Shown: piece by piece, positions 30,154-40,156 of the stretch | Position numbering within the stretch: the stretch's first letter is position 1 | Layout of the letters: each line of letters begins with the position of its first letter | Source: Armatimonadota bacterium | Lineage (GTDB): Bacteria > Cloacimonadota > Cloacimonadia > Cloacimonadales > TCS61 | Direction of reading: 5' to 3' | NCBI GenBank assembly: GCA_013203665.1 | Contig: JABMPU010000066.1 | Span: 10,206-74,205, forward strand | DNA length: 64,000 nt | Position numbers and translations under genes: made by a program | Notes under the pieces: generated by a model | What the model was told of the DNA's origin: nothing | The model's input: the letters and a program-made list of their open reading frames with translations, nothing else | Database searches by the model: none

Positions 30154-30286
30154 AATAGAACACGGATGACACGGATCTTACGGATTAACACAGATGAAAT
30201 TGACAGGATAAACAGGATTGACAGGAAAAAAAACTTTGAGTCTTTGTGTCTTTGTGTTGAATTTGTCAGTGTTAGTCAGTGAAAGT
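30154..30286 (+). repeat. About 130-bp composite dispersed element; inverted homolog at 38822-38948
   Basis: AATAGAACACGGATGACACGGAT...TTGACAGGATAAACAGGA...TTTGTCAGT(G/T)TTAGTCAGTGAAAGT shared with the reverse complement of 38822-38948. Confidence 0.9.
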
Positions 30287-30315
30287 CTGTGGCATAAAAA
30301 AATGTTTGAGGTTTC

Positions 30316-31329
30316 ATGAAATTCGGTAATCCATATTTATTAATATTTTTAATCTTGATTCCTGTATTTATTACTTTTATTGGAATCTCAAAAGTTCGCA
30401 GAAAGAGAAACTTTAATAAATTTGCTGAGCCCAGATTTTATGATTTTTTTCTCCAGGAATTTTCTGCTTTTCACTGGTCATTAAAAAATGTTATTTTTAC
30501 AGTTGCAATTTTCTTCCTTATCATTGCACTTGCCAGACCGAAATGGAATAAAGAAGTACAAATAGTCAAAAAAGAGGGAATCGATATCGTGGTGTGCATC
30601 GATGTTTCCAAAAGTATGGATGCACAGGATATCAAACCAAGCCGCATCGAACGAGCAAAAGACCAGATTTCACTTTTTATCGATCAGCTGAAAGGAGACA
30701 GAATTGCCATTATTGCTTTCGCAGGAAAAAGTTTTGTGCAATGTCCTTTAACCGATGATTACGGAGCTGCGAAATTATTTTTAAATTTATTAGATACGGA
30801 AACTGTTGCCAGTTATGGAACAGATATTGGTGGAGCTCTTAATATGGCTCTTGATCTATTCAAAGGAAAAGAGAAACACAAAGTAATTGTCATGGTGAGT
30901 GATGGTGAAGATTTGGAAAACAACTCCATTTCTGTTGCAGAAGAGTCATCAAAAAAAGGTGCAATCATCTATACAATGGGAATCGGTTCACCCGAAGGAA
31001 GCACAATTCCAATTGAAGATTCTTCCGGAAATATAGTTTATGCAAAAAATGACAAAGGCGATATTATTTTCACTCGATTGGATATAAACACACTTTCTCA
31101 AATTGCCAAAAAAGGAAAAGGAAGATTCTTTCCAATCACACCTCAGCAAGCAGAAATTTTTGAAATCCTAAAAAACATTAATTCAATTGAAAAGAAGAAA
31201 TTTGATAGCAGAGAATTCATCCGGTATAAAGAGCAGTATAAATATTTTGTTGTAATTGCATTAATTTTGCTTTTTATCGAATCTCTGATAATTTATAAGA
31301 AGAAAACCAATTTTAAGAGAGTGATTTGA
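30316..31329 (+). CDS. batB: BatB VWA domain protein
   Basis: DVSKSM.A.DIKPSR, PLT.DY, SDGED, GIGS..G..IP. Confidence 0.9.
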   Translation: MKFGNPYLLIFLILIPVFITFIGISKVRRKRNFNKFAEPRFYDFFLQEFSAFHWSLKNVIFTVAIFFLIIALARPKWNKEVQIVKKEGIDIVVCIDVSKSMDAQDIKPSRIERAKDQISLFIDQLKGDRIAIIAFAGKSFVQCPLTDDYGAAKLFLNLLDTETVASYGTDIGGALNMALDLFKGKEKHKVIVMVSDGEDLENNSISVAEESSKKGAIIYTMGIGSPEGSTIPIEDSSGNIVYAKNDKGDIIFTRLDINTLSQIAKKGKGRFFPITPQQAEIFEILKNINSIEKKKFDSREFIRYKEQYKYFVVIALILLFIESLIIYKKKTNFKRVI

Positions 31330-31396
31330 TGGTTGAATCAGTTGAATTGGGTATAAAAGAAAAAAATATTTTCGTGTGTTTCGTGGGCTAAGAATT

Positions 31397-32137
31397 ATGA
31401 AAAATTTATTCATTTTATTATTTATATTGATCAGTTTTAGTTTGTTTGCTGAAGTATTAAATTATGATAAAGTTATTACAAACTTAAAAGGTATCAAAGA
31501 ATTCGAAAAAGAGAATTTTACAGAATCTGAAAAGGAATTTAGTAAAAACTCTATTAACCATCCCAGAGATGGAAGACTTCATTTTAATCTGGGAAATTCT
31601 CATTACAAAAACGGAAAATTAGAGGATGCTGAAAATGACTATAACCTGGCTCTTAAAGACAAAGATTTTACTAATAAATCATCTGTTTATCATAACCTGG
31701 GAAATGTGAAATTCCAACAGCAGGATTACAAAAATGCTATAAATCATTATAGAAATTCCTTGATTGAAAACCCTGAGAACAATGATGCTCGCTTTAATTA
31801 TGAACTTACAGCTCGAATGCTGGAACGTCAACAGCAACAGCAGCAGCAACAACAGGAAAATCAGCAAGACCAGAAAAACCAGGAGAAAAACGAAGAACAG
31901 CAAAATCAGCAACAGGATCAAAAAGAAAAGCAGGAACAACAAGATAAAAAACAAGAACAAAAGGAAGAGCAGAAAGAAAATCAGGAGCAAAAAAAACAAC
32001 AGCAAATGAAAAAAGACCAGAAAAAAGAAGATGCTGAAAAAATGCTGAATGCACTTCTTGCTAAAGAAAAAGAAGAAATGAAAAAAGAAAAAATGAAAAT
32101 GAACGTTGACAAAGCAAAGAAAGGTAAATATTGGTAG
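31397..32137 (+). CDS. batC: BatC TPR protein with Q/K/E-rich tail
   Basis: TPR motifs FNLGNSHY, HNLGN, DARFNYE; poly-Q region; terminal KYW. Confidence 0.9.
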   Translation: MKNLFILLFILISFSLFAEVLNYDKVITNLKGIKEFEKENFTESEKEFSKNSINHPRDGRLHFNLGNSHYKNGKLEDAENDYNLALKDKDFTNKSSVYHNLGNVKFQQQDYKNAINHYRNSLIENPENNDARFNYELTARMLERQQQQQQQQQENQQDQKNQEKNEEQQNQQQDQKEKQEQQDKKQEQKEEQKENQEQKKQQQMKKDQKKEDAEKMLNALLAKEKEEMKKEKMKMNVDKAKKGKYW

Positions 32138-32189
32138 AATGATTGAACTTACTAAGTTTCTGAGGCTTGGAAAGTTGTTTGAGAAATAT

Positions 32190-33977
32190 ATGTCTAAAAT
32201 CATAAAAATTGTATTTATAATTCTTATTATAATAAGTTTTCAGAAATTATCCTCATCAGAAATTGAAATCCAATCTTACGTAGATAAAACTCAAATCGGT
32301 TTGCAGGATTATCTCAAACTCACGATTGAAATTTCCGGTGAAAGCGCAGATAAAGTAGGTAAACCAAACATCTCAAATATAAAAAACTTCCATAATTATG
32401 GAAGCTCCACTTCATCATCTTCCTCGTATTCCATTATAAATGGAAAGATGCAATCTGAAATTACTAAAAGTTATATTTACACTCTCAAACCGCAAAAGAC
32501 CGGGAAATTTGTAATTCCGCCCATAACAATAAAATATAGGAAACAGAAATTAGCAACCAAACCAATTTCCATCACAGTTGTAAAAGGCACCACAGAACCA
32601 TCACCTCCAACATCGAGAAATTTCCAAAAAAGAGATGAACAAACATCAGGGCAATTATCGGATAATTTATTTATAACAGCGGAAACATCCAAAAGAACTG
32701 TTTATAAAGACGAGCCAATTACAGTTGAATATAAACTTTTTACACGCTACGATATTGCCAATTTATCTTTTGAAGAAGAACCGAATTTTAACGGATTTTG
32801 GAAAGAAGATATTTTTATTGCAAATAATGTAAATTTTAATCGAGTTAATCGCAGCGGAGTTATTTTCAATGTTATGAATCTTCGTAGCGTAGCTCTTTTT
32901 CCTACTCAAACCGGTAAAATCCAGATTCCAGCTATAAAAATGAATGTGGATATTAGAACTCAATCCAGAAGCTTTTTTGATTTTGGCTCAACAAAAAGCT
33001 ACTCAATCAACAGCAAACCGATCACAGTAAATGTGAAAGAATTGCCAAAAGAGAATCAACCCTTGAATTATTCCGGAGCTGTGGGAAATTTCCAGGTTTC
33101 TTCAAAAATAAGTTCCAAAGAGATGAAAGTTGGAGATTCTTTCACTTTTACTTTGGAAATAACAGGTTCAGGAAACTTAAACCATTTCGACCTTCCCCAA
33201 CTTCCGGAAATCAAACATCTGCGTTTTATCGAACCTGAAATTACCACACAGATCAACTCAAATAAAATCACCGGTTCAAAAACAATTAAATATTTAGTAA
33301 TCGCCCAGGAAAAAGGAACTTTTTCGATTCCATCAATTGACTTCTCATTTTTTGATCCTGAGAAAAAACAATATATCATTAAAAGAACTAAATCCTATGA
33401 TATAAATGTATTAGAAGGAACTTCGCTTTTTATTCCAAGTAGTACAGCTCAGTCTATGGTTGAGATCGAAGGCTCTGATATTGCTTTTATAATCGGCAAC
33501 ACAAAATTAAAAACAAATATTATTTATCTGAATTCTTTTACCTATTGGTTCATCATTTTACTTGTTTTACTCACTATTCCGGCATCTATGATTTATGCTA
33601 AAGAACAGGAAAAGCTTTCAGGAAATATTGATTATTTGCGTCAAAAAATGGCAAATAAGATTCTAAAAAAATACTTGAAAAAGTCATCTGAATCAGCTAA
33701 AAATAATGATATTGTTTTTTATTCTTTCACCCAAATCGGTTTGAGCAGTTTTTTATCTGACAAACTAAAAATTCCACGTGGAAGTTCTTCTGAAAATATC
33801 ATCTCAGAAATGAAAGCAAGAAAAATCTCGGAAGAACTAATTCTGAGAATCGAAAACCTTTTTGAGAAATGCAATCAAGCCAGGTTTATGCCGGGTGGTT
33901 TTTCAGAAGAAAATATTCAAAACGATTTCAGAGAATTACAGGAAATCGTAAGTGAAATATCGAAGCGGAAAATTTAG
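32190..33977 (+). CDS. batD: BatD protein
   Basis: SSSYSIING, GAVGNF, GSGNL, FSFFDP, TM helix, ARF.P. Confidence 0.9.
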   Translation: MSKIIKIVFIILIIISFQKLSSSEIEIQSYVDKTQIGLQDYLKLTIEISGESADKVGKPNISNIKNFHNYGSSTSSSSSYSIINGKMQSEITKSYIYTLKPQKTGKFVIPPITIKYRKQKLATKPISITVVKGTTEPSPPTSRNFQKRDEQTSGQLSDNLFITAETSKRTVYKDEPITVEYKLFTRYDIANLSFEEEPNFNGFWKEDIFIANNVNFNRVNRSGVIFNVMNLRSVALFPTQTGKIQIPAIKMNVDIRTQSRSFFDFGSTKSYSINSKPITVNVKELPKENQPLNYSGAVGNFQVSSKISSKEMKVGDSFTFTLEITGSGNLNHFDLPQLPEIKHLRFIEPEITTQINSNKITGSKTIKYLVIAQEKGTFSIPSIDFSFFDPEKKQYIIKRTKSYDINVLEGTSLFIPSSTAQSMVEIEGSDIAFIIGNTKLKTNIIYLNSFTYWFIILLVLLTIPASMIYAKEQEKLSGNIDYLRQKMANKILKKYLKKSSESAKNNDIVFYSFTQIGLSSFLSDKLKIPRGSSSENIISEMKARKISEELILRIENLFEKCNQARFMPGGFSEENIQNDFRELQEIVSEISKRKI

Positions 33978-33985
33978 AGGATTTA

Positions 33986-34759
33986 ATGAAAAAAATCATA
34001 CTTCTTTTGATGCTGATCAGTATTAATATTTTTGCCACAAATAAGATCGACGAAGTATTCCAAACAGCTTCTGAATCTTATGAGAACAAAGATTTCTTTC
34101 AATCTCTTCAGCAATTCCTCAGCATCGAAAATGAAGGTATCATCAATTCTGACCTTTATTATAATATTGGAAATTGTTATTTCAGGCTCGATCAAATTGG
34201 AAAGGCAATTTTATATTATGAAAAAGCTCTGAAAGTGGACTCTCATCATAATGCTGCCAAAAGAAACCTGAAATATGTTCTTACTTTCACAAAAGATAAA
34301 CAAGCAGATGATGAAACTGATTTTCTTTCGTCATTCAAAGAAAAGATATTCTCCTTCTTCTCTCTCAATTTTCTGTGTGTAATTTCTCTCATTTTTCTTT
34401 TTGCAATTATTTTCATGATTAATATTATTATCCTCAAATATCGAAATCGAGAAAAAACAGTTCCCATTTTCATTATCTCGATTTTTGTTGTTTTGTTAAT
34501 TATTTTTGGAATCTTAAGCTTTTTGAAATTTAATTCTTATCATCAAGAAAACCAAGCTGTTCTCATCTCTTCTACTGTAATCGGTTACAGCGGACCAAAT
34601 GAAGAATTCACTCGTGTTTTCACAATTCATGAAGGAATGATATTTGAAATTGAAAAGCAGGAAAACGATTGGAGCCTGATAAAACTACCGAACGGATTAG
34701 GTGGATGGATTCTTTCTGAAACCTTTGAAAGAATTACTTTATCCTTGCCAAATAAGTGA
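33986..34759 (+). CDS. batE: BatE TPR/SH3 protein
   Basis: YYNIGNCY...G.AILYYEKAL, two TMs, IHEG...W..I.L.NG..GWI. Confidence 0.9.
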   Translation: MKKIILLLMLISINIFATNKIDEVFQTASESYENKDFFQSLQQFLSIENEGIINSDLYYNIGNCYFRLDQIGKAILYYEKALKVDSHHNAAKRNLKYVLTFTKDKQADDETDFLSSFKEKIFSFFSLNFLCVISLIFLFAIIFMINIIILKYRNREKTVPIFIISIFVVLLIIFGILSFLKFNSYHQENQAVLISSTVIGYSGPNEEFTRVFTIHEGMIFEIEKQENDWSLIKLPNGLGGWILSETFERITLSLPNK

Positions 34760-34769
34760 AGACCAATTA

Positions 34770-34823
34770 AATTAGGAATTAGGAATTAGGAATTAGGAAA
34801 AGGGAAAAGGGAAAATGGGAAAT
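34770..34823. repeat. (TTAGGAA)n/(AAAGGGA)n heptamer tandem tract
   Basis: attaggaattaggaattaggaattaggaaaagggaaaagggaaaatgggaa. Confidence 0.85.
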
Positions 34824-34859
34824 ATATAACTGTGTCTTAGTGGTTAATGGAATAGCAAT

Positions 34860-35369
34860 ATGAATAACAGGATTTTCACAATACCAAATATTTTAGATTT
34901 TATCAGGATATTATCAGCTCCGATTATTATGTGGCTGATAATTAATGGTTATAGGGATGTAAGTTTAATCGTTTTGGGTATTGCATTTGCCACGGATCTT
35001 TTTGATGGTTTTATTGCCAGAAAATTAAATCAAATTTCAAAACTTGGTTCTTACATGGACCCAATCGCAGATAAGCTATTATTCACATTTGTATTTGTAG
35101 GAATCTGTATAAAAAACAACCTGACAAATTGGCTTATTTTCTTTGGAATATTCTGGAGTCTTTTTATCATTATTTTTCTAGTAATTCTACCAATTTTCAA
35201 GAAAAAAGGAATAAAAGTAAATCTGCTGGGAAAAGCCAGTATTTTTATTAATTGTATAATTCTGTTTATTCTGGTTTATGGTTATATTCAAAACTGGTTA
35301 TTATTTATTTTCGCTTTTTTCTTATTATTGCCACAAGTTGTTTACTTTTTGTATTTTATCAAAAAATAA
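34860..35369 (+). CDS. CDP-alcohol phosphatidyltransferase (PgsA-like)
   Basis: TIPN.L...R, TDLFDGFIAR...S.LG..MDPIADKL. Confidence 0.92.
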   Translation: MNNRIFTIPNILDFIRILSAPIIMWLIINGYRDVSLIVLGIAFATDLFDGFIARKLNQISKLGSYMDPIADKLLFTFVFVGICIKNNLTNWLIFFGIFWSLFIIIFLVILPIFKKKGIKVNLLGKASIFINCIILFILVYGYIQNWLLFIFAFFLLLPQVVYFLYFIKK

Positions 35370-35492
35370 TTGAAAAGATGGACTTGACTTGTGACGAAGT
35401 GCGAGTTAAGAACATCTGTTGTATACTTTTCCATTTTCAAGTTACAATCGCTTTGCTCAAAAAAGAATTTATTCCTCTTGTTCCCATTCTTT

Positions 35493-35703
35493 AACACTGT
35501 CATTCCCAACAATAAACACTGTCATTCCCAACTTGATTGGGAATCTCATTTACCATCATCATGGATTCCCGTTTTTATGGGAATGGCAAGAAAAAAAACA
35601 CTACTGTCATTTCTCTCGATGAATCGAGGATTGGGAATCTATGATGATTTTGAAACGGAGTTTCTAATTCAATTGTGTCCCCAAATAGAATTTGGGAACA
35701 AGT
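35493..35703. repeat. REP cluster (GTCATTCCC family with tandem duplication, plus a TTTGGGAACAAG-type REP)
   Basis: aacactgtcattcccaac twice, TGTCATTCCCAACTTGATTGGGAATCT, GATTCCCGTTTTTATGGGAATGGCA, degenerate fourth copy, CCCAAATAGAATTTGGGAACAAG. Confidence 0.88.
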
Positions 35704-35707
35704 AAAA

Positions 35708-35746
35708 TTAGTCGAACCTGAAAAAGATATTTTCAGGTTCGACTAA
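35708..35746. terminator. Perfect 17-bp-stem hairpin between convergent genes (terminator and/or DGR-type hairpin)
   Basis: TTAGTCGAACCTGAAAA-agata-TTTTCAGGTTCGACTAA. Confidence 0.7.
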
Positions 35747-35777
35747 ATAAGAAAGCTAAAAAGGAAAAAGTGTAACA

Positions 35778-37184
35778 CTATCGGGGAGTCCTCGCAAAAC
35801 GAAAACCGAAGTAGCGGTACTGGCTGAGACCAGGATAAGAGGAATTGCGAACTGCAACACGGCAGCCGTCGGCACTGCTGCCCCAGCCCCCACCCCGCAA
35901 AATCCGTCCGAATTCGTCATCAGGACCATGTGGATTGCTAGGAGGACTAGAAGAATAGTAGTCAAATCCATACCAGTCATTACACCATTCCCACACATTA
36001 CCGCTCATATCAAAGACTTCTAATTGATTGGGAAGCTTAGTTCCAACAGGATGCGTCTGGTCATCCGAATACCAAGCATAATAAGGCAATTCACCAATTT
36101 CATGACAACCACTATGTCTGTAGTCATCTGTCCAGTTCACTCCACCACGTGCAGCATATTCCCATTCCGCTTCTGTAGGCAGACGATAACCATTCGCACT
36201 GAAATTACAACTCCAGTCATCCAGGTTGTAACAAGGCGTTAATCCTTCCTGTTGACTCTTCAGATTACAAAAAGTTACTGCATCATACCAGCTTACTTGT
36301 TCAACAGGCAGATCATCTCCTATAAAATATGATGGATTTGTACCAACAACTGCTTCATATTCTGCTTGAGTAACTTCATATTTACCAATATAGTAGCTAT
36401 CCAGGTATACTGAATGAACAGGTAGTTCATCTTCATCACCTTCAAAATAATGGTCTCCCATTTCAAAAGTGCCACCTTGAACAAAGATCATTTCATTTGA
36501 ATCTTCAGTAACAGTAATATAATCTACTTTTACTTCCGTATCTTCATTCGTACCATCACTTACAGTTAAACTTACAGAATAGGAACCTGCTGCTGAATAT
36601 CTCCACTGACCAGAGGAATCGTAAGAATCGATAGTACCATCATTATCAAAATCCCATTGCCAACTGATAATATCTCCAGTTGAATAATCTTCAAAGAACA
36701 CATCAAGCGGTGCTGTTCCTTCTGTTGGGAAGCCTTCAAAATCTGCTCCCAAACCTGGATACAATTCGATTTCAACGCTCACAGTTTGCCCGGGAAAAAG
36801 TTGAACATCAGCAAATCCTGTCCATTCCACTCCATTAATATCAGCAGTAACATCAACCCTTGGCCAGATCTCTTGAGTGATTTCCGGTATTTCAAAATTC
36901 TCTACTGCTTGATAATAGACAGAAAGAGAATCTTCAAATCTTTGAATTAAAAGTTCTTTTTCGATTTCAACGGTTATTTCTTCTTCTTCCATAGTCCAGT
37001 AACTATAACTCATAAACACATTGGCTGTAAATTCATCCGGCCATTCTTCACGCTGCGCTTGAGTGTTCACAAATCTCATTTGAATTCCTGCAGAAACTTG
37101 ATATTGAAGAACCTGATTTTTTTCACATCCAACCAAAAATAAAAATGCAATGATTAATATTAGATATATTCTTTTCATGATCAT
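35778..37184 (-). CDS. Lipoprotein with PKD domain and FGE-sulfatase (SUMF1/C-type lectin fold) domain; candidate DGR target
   Basis: LVGC lipobox; WQWDFDNDG PKD; F.MG, EVTQ, YRLPTEAEWEYAARGG, DMSGNVWEWC.D, RGGGW, GFRFAR. Confidence 0.92.
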   Translation of the reverse strand: MIMKRIYLILIIAFLFLVGCEKNQVLQYQVSAGIQMRFVNTQAQREEWPDEFTANVFMSYSYWTMEEEEITVEIEKELLIQRFEDSLSVYYQAVENFEIPEITQEIWPRVDVTADINGVEWTGFADVQLFPGQTVSVEIELYPGLGADFEGFPTEGTAPLDVFFEDYSTGDIISWQWDFDNDGTIDSYDSSGQWRYSAAGSYSVSLTVSDGTNEDTEVKVDYITVTEDSNEMIFVQGGTFEMGDHYFEGDEDELPVHSVYLDSYYIGKYEVTQAEYEAVVGTNPSYFIGDDLPVEQVSWYDAVTFCNLKSQQEGLTPCYNLDDWSCNFSANGYRLPTEAEWEYAARGGVNWTDDYRHSGCHEIGELPYYAWYSDDQTHPVGTKLPNQLEVFDMSGNVWEWCNDWYGFDYYSSSPPSNPHGPDDEFGRILRGGGWGSSADGCRVAVRNSSYPGLSQYRYFGFRFARTPR

Positions 37185-37192
37185 CTCCTTAC

Positions 37193-38209
37193 CTAAAATT
37201 TCCTGCCGACTTTGAATGATACAACTAATTTTCTTTCATCCTCATCATTAGCTTCATTTCTTTTGGTGTAAACAGGAATTTTTGCTAATAAAGTTATATC
37301 CGTTCGAAACAACCGATAAGAAACCATTGGGATAATATCCAGCAAAGTCATATCCTGCAGGTTGGAAATATCATTCTCTTGTACAGTTGGTCCTCCCCAG
37401 TTATTTGTGCGTGTTATATCTTTCGAACCTTCTGCAGTAGATGAGAAAACAAGCAAACCACCAACAGTCCATTTATTTAGGTAATAGTCGAAATTACCTT
37501 TGAAAATGAGCATATTTCCATTATGAATGTCATATTTGATTGTTTCAATATCATCAGTTGCCGGATTATTATCCATATCATCATAAAGTAATTTTGCAGT
37601 TTTTTCATTAATCCCATTGAGCTTATAAGTAAGATTTCCAGAGAGAGAATATTTCTGCATATATTTGAAAGCAGATAAATCCAGAACAAAATCCGTAGAA
37701 CCTGTTCCAAGAGGAACCAGATAACCATCTTCCATATTTTCCGAATCACCTGTAGAAAGTTTAGCCTGAATATTCAAACCAAAATTAATATTCTTCATCC
37801 ACCTGTTGGTTCCCACTTTTACTGAAATATCTCCCAAACCTGATGCAGTTTTTGTTTTTAGCAAATACTTCATCTCTCTTTTCAGGATGTAAGGAATCGT
37901 AAGACCAAAATTGATTTTTTTGAAAGTATAACCCAATGGTAGAGAAATCGCTTTTGTTGGACCGGTAAGAGTCATTTCCATTCCTGCTTCAAAACCATAA
38001 AGAGTACTTTCTTCAGTTTCTTCAGTAGTTTCCTGTTCCGGTTCTGTGGTTCCGGTAATAATTTCTTCCACAAATGGGTCAGATAAAATCAGCTCCGTGT
38101 TTTCTATTACGGTTTCCACTCCTTCCGGTGTTATGGTTATCAGAATTGTATCGGAAAAAAGAAACGAAACCATAAACACGAAAAGAAACAATAAAATCCT
38201 TTTTTTCAT
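37193..38209 (-). CDS. Putative outer-membrane beta-barrel protein
   Basis: Signal peptide, SGLGDI, K..TG, PLGTGSTD, alternating beta pattern, terminal Phe. Confidence 0.7.
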   Translation of the reverse strand: MKKRILLFLFVFMVSFLFSDTILITITPEGVETVIENTELILSDPFVEEIITGTTEPEQETTEETEESTLYGFEAGMEMTLTGPTKAISLPLGYTFKKINFGLTIPYILKREMKYLLKTKTASGLGDISVKVGTNRWMKNINFGLNIQAKLSTGDSENMEDGYLVPLGTGSTDFVLDLSAFKYMQKYSLSGNLTYKLNGINEKTAKLLYDDMDNNPATDDIETIKYDIHNGNMLIFKGNFDYYLNKWTVGGLLVFSSTAEGSKDITRTNNWGGPTVQENDISNLQDMTLLDIIPMVSYRLFRTDITLLAKIPVYTKRNEANDEDERKLVVSFKVGRKF

Positions 38210-38228
38210 TTTCTGCCTCTCTTTTTTT

Positions 38229-38645
38229 TTATTCACCAATTATTTTAACGAGTACTCTTTTTCTTCGTTTACCATCAAACTCACCATAGAAAATCTGTTC
38301 CCAAGGTCCGAAATCCAATCTGCCATCTGTAACTGCTACAACTACTTCTCTGCCCATAATCGTTCTTTTAAGATGCGCATCTGCATTATCTTCAAATCCA
38401 TTATGCTGGTATTGAGAATAAGGTTTTTCCGGTGCTAATTTCTCCAGCCATTTCTCATAATCGTTGTGTAATCCTCTTTCATCATCATTGATGAAGACAC
38501 TTGCTGTGATGTGCATGGCGTTTACAAGACATAATCCTTCTGTGATTCCACTTTCTAATAGACATTCTTCCACTTCCGTAGTGATATTGATCAATTGTCT
38601 TCTTGAGGTTGTATTGAACCAGAGTTCTTTTTTGAACGACTTCAT
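38229..38645 (-). CDS. YjbQ/UPF0047 family protein
   Basis: [34 protein letters not shown]. Confidence 0.95.
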   Translation of the reverse strand: MKSFKKELWFNTTSRRQLINITTEVEECLLESGITEGLCLVNAMHITASVFINDDERGLHNDYEKWLEKLAPEKPYSQYQHNGFEDNADAHLKRTIMGREVVVAVTDGRLDFGPWEQIFYGEFDGKRRKRVLVKIIGE

Positions 38646-38659
38646 TTTTCTCCTTTTTG

Positions 38660-38948
38660 CCACTGACTAACACTGACTTTTTATCCACGAATTACACAAA
38701 TTACTAATAAAATCCAAATAACAAATTACAAATATCAAATATCAAACAACTTTTTGCACTTTTGAGTTCTTCAACTTTCTAGGCTTTGAAATTTCATTAG
38801 AAATAAAAAATTTGTTATTTAACTTTCACTGACTAAAACTGACAAATTCTCCACAGAGATAAAAAGACACGAAATTTAATTTTTTCCTGTTTATCCTGTC
38901 AATTTTATCCGTGCTAATCTGTAAAATCCGTGTCATCCGTGTTCTATT
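38660..38948. repeat. Composite intergenic repeat tract including the inverted copy of the 30154 element and AAAT(A/C)CA heptamers
   Basis: ccactgactaacactgac; aaatccaaataacaaattacaaatatcaaatatcaaa; 38822-38948 homologous to 30154-30286. Confidence 0.85.
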
Positions 38949-39966
38949 TCTTAATCACCAATCCATCAAAGTAAGAAACTAATTTCTTTTTCAGTTCCTT
39001 TTTGATCTTTTTTTCAACAGTTCGAATCGCTCTGGCAGTAGCTTCCGTAAATGAAACATGACCTTCGCGACCTTTATCTGAAATCGTTATAAAAGTTGTT
39101 CCTGAGTTGTCATTTATTTTGAGTTGCAAATCATAGCGAACAAAAACCAGGTTCTCACGTTTGATGTCGGTTTCCTCCAAAGCAACACTCCCAACAGCAT
39201 ACAGGATTGCATCATTAGAAAGAACAAAACCCAGATCCGTCATCAATTCCTCAACCAGAATCGTAACTTTATTTTCTACATCATTCTTAATATCAACGCT
39301 GAAACTGATCATTTTGGCAGATTCAGCAGCTTCTTTGTTCAACTCATTGTAATCATAACCAAGTTCTAAGGAAGCTTTGGAATTTGGAGAAATGATCCCC
39401 AGTTGATCCAGCATAATTTCATTGTTCAAACTAATTGCAGAAGCTGCATTGAGATTGGCATATTTGGAAATCGGGTTTGTTGCATCATTCCCCTGAGAAA
39501 TAAAAAATTCAATTTTAACTGCATTTTTATTAATCTTCTCAATATAAATATCAGCAGTTTTCATCCTATCCAGATAGGCAATCACAAAAACTCTTCCCAT
39601 ATTATCAGTGTAACTTTCTGCAAACTGAATATTAATGAGAGTCTGTTCAGATTGAATGTTCACCTGTTTCGTGATATCCGAACTCTCTTCGAAAGTGCTG
39701 CCCTGATCAGTTATCAATTCCTGGTATCTTTCACGAACAGTCTGGTCAGCTTTTATCTTGGATTCGAAAATTTTAGAAAGATTTCCAGCAGCATAATTTT
39801 CAGCCTCACTCCTGGAATCACCATCTCCGATAGCAGTTAAATAAACGCTTTCCGGATACACGTCTTTAGGATTATCTAACCATTCCGGTTTTTTATCCTT
39901 TTTCTTTTTTGCCTGTAATGTAAACAGGATTATTAACATCAAAACAACTAATAAAATCTTTTTCAT
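38944..39966 (-). CDS. LPP20-like exported protein
   Basis: Signal peptide, KPEW, YLTAIG.G...AE..A...LSKIF; lies after lpoB and the COG3014-like gene. Confidence 0.7.
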   Translation of the reverse strand: MKKILLVVLMLIILFTLQAKKKKDKKPEWLDNPKDVYPESVYLTAIGDGDSRSEAENYAAGNLSKIFESKIKADQTVRERYQELITDQGSTFEESSDITKQVNIQSEQTLINIQFAESYTDNMGRVFVIAYLDRMKTADIYIEKINKNAVKIEFFISQGNDATNPISKYANLNAASAISLNNEIMLDQLGIISPNSKASLELGYDYNELNKEAAESAKMISFSVDIKNDVENKVTILVEELMTDLGFVLSNDAILYAVGSVALEETDIKRENLVFVRYDLQLKINDNSGTTFITISDKGREGHVSFTEATARAIRTVEKKIKKELKKKLVSYFDGLVIKK

Positions 39967-39994
39967 TTTTACCTCGATCTATTTTTTGTAAATG

Positions 39995-40138
39995 GTTCTG
40001 CCAAATAGAGTGTTTTTGTCATCCTGAGGGATTCTTTCAATTTTTTATACGAAGGATCTCCGGTTATAATGAGATTCTTCGTTAGAGACTACTTCGAAGA
40101 TTTCCTCAGAAAGACAGTCTTTTTTCATTTTGCAGAAC
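39995..40138. mobile_element. 144-bp MITE-like element with terminal inverted repeats; second copy at 58657-58829
   Basis: GTTCTGCCAAAT...ATTTTGCAGAAC ends; internal GTCATCCTGAG..GAAGGATCTC..GAGATTCTTCG..CTCAGAAAGAC; colinear with the 58657-58829 copy. Confidence 0.8.
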
Positions 40139-40156
40139 TCTTTAATTTTTTTTACA

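Noticed and set aside
31679-32203. Hydrophobic 174-aa antisense ORF and CAG/CAA repeats
   Set aside because: Shadow of the Q/K/E-rich BatC tail, which is typical of that family
26065-34759. moxR-DUF58-batABCDE as a new system
   Set aside because: Well-known Bat operon architecture
35391-35705. 104-aa and 67-aa ORFs
   Set aside because: Translations of the REP cluster
35778-37184. Complete DGR cassette within the window
   Set aside because: No reverse transcriptase, avd or AAC-rich template repeat found by eye; only a target-like region is supported
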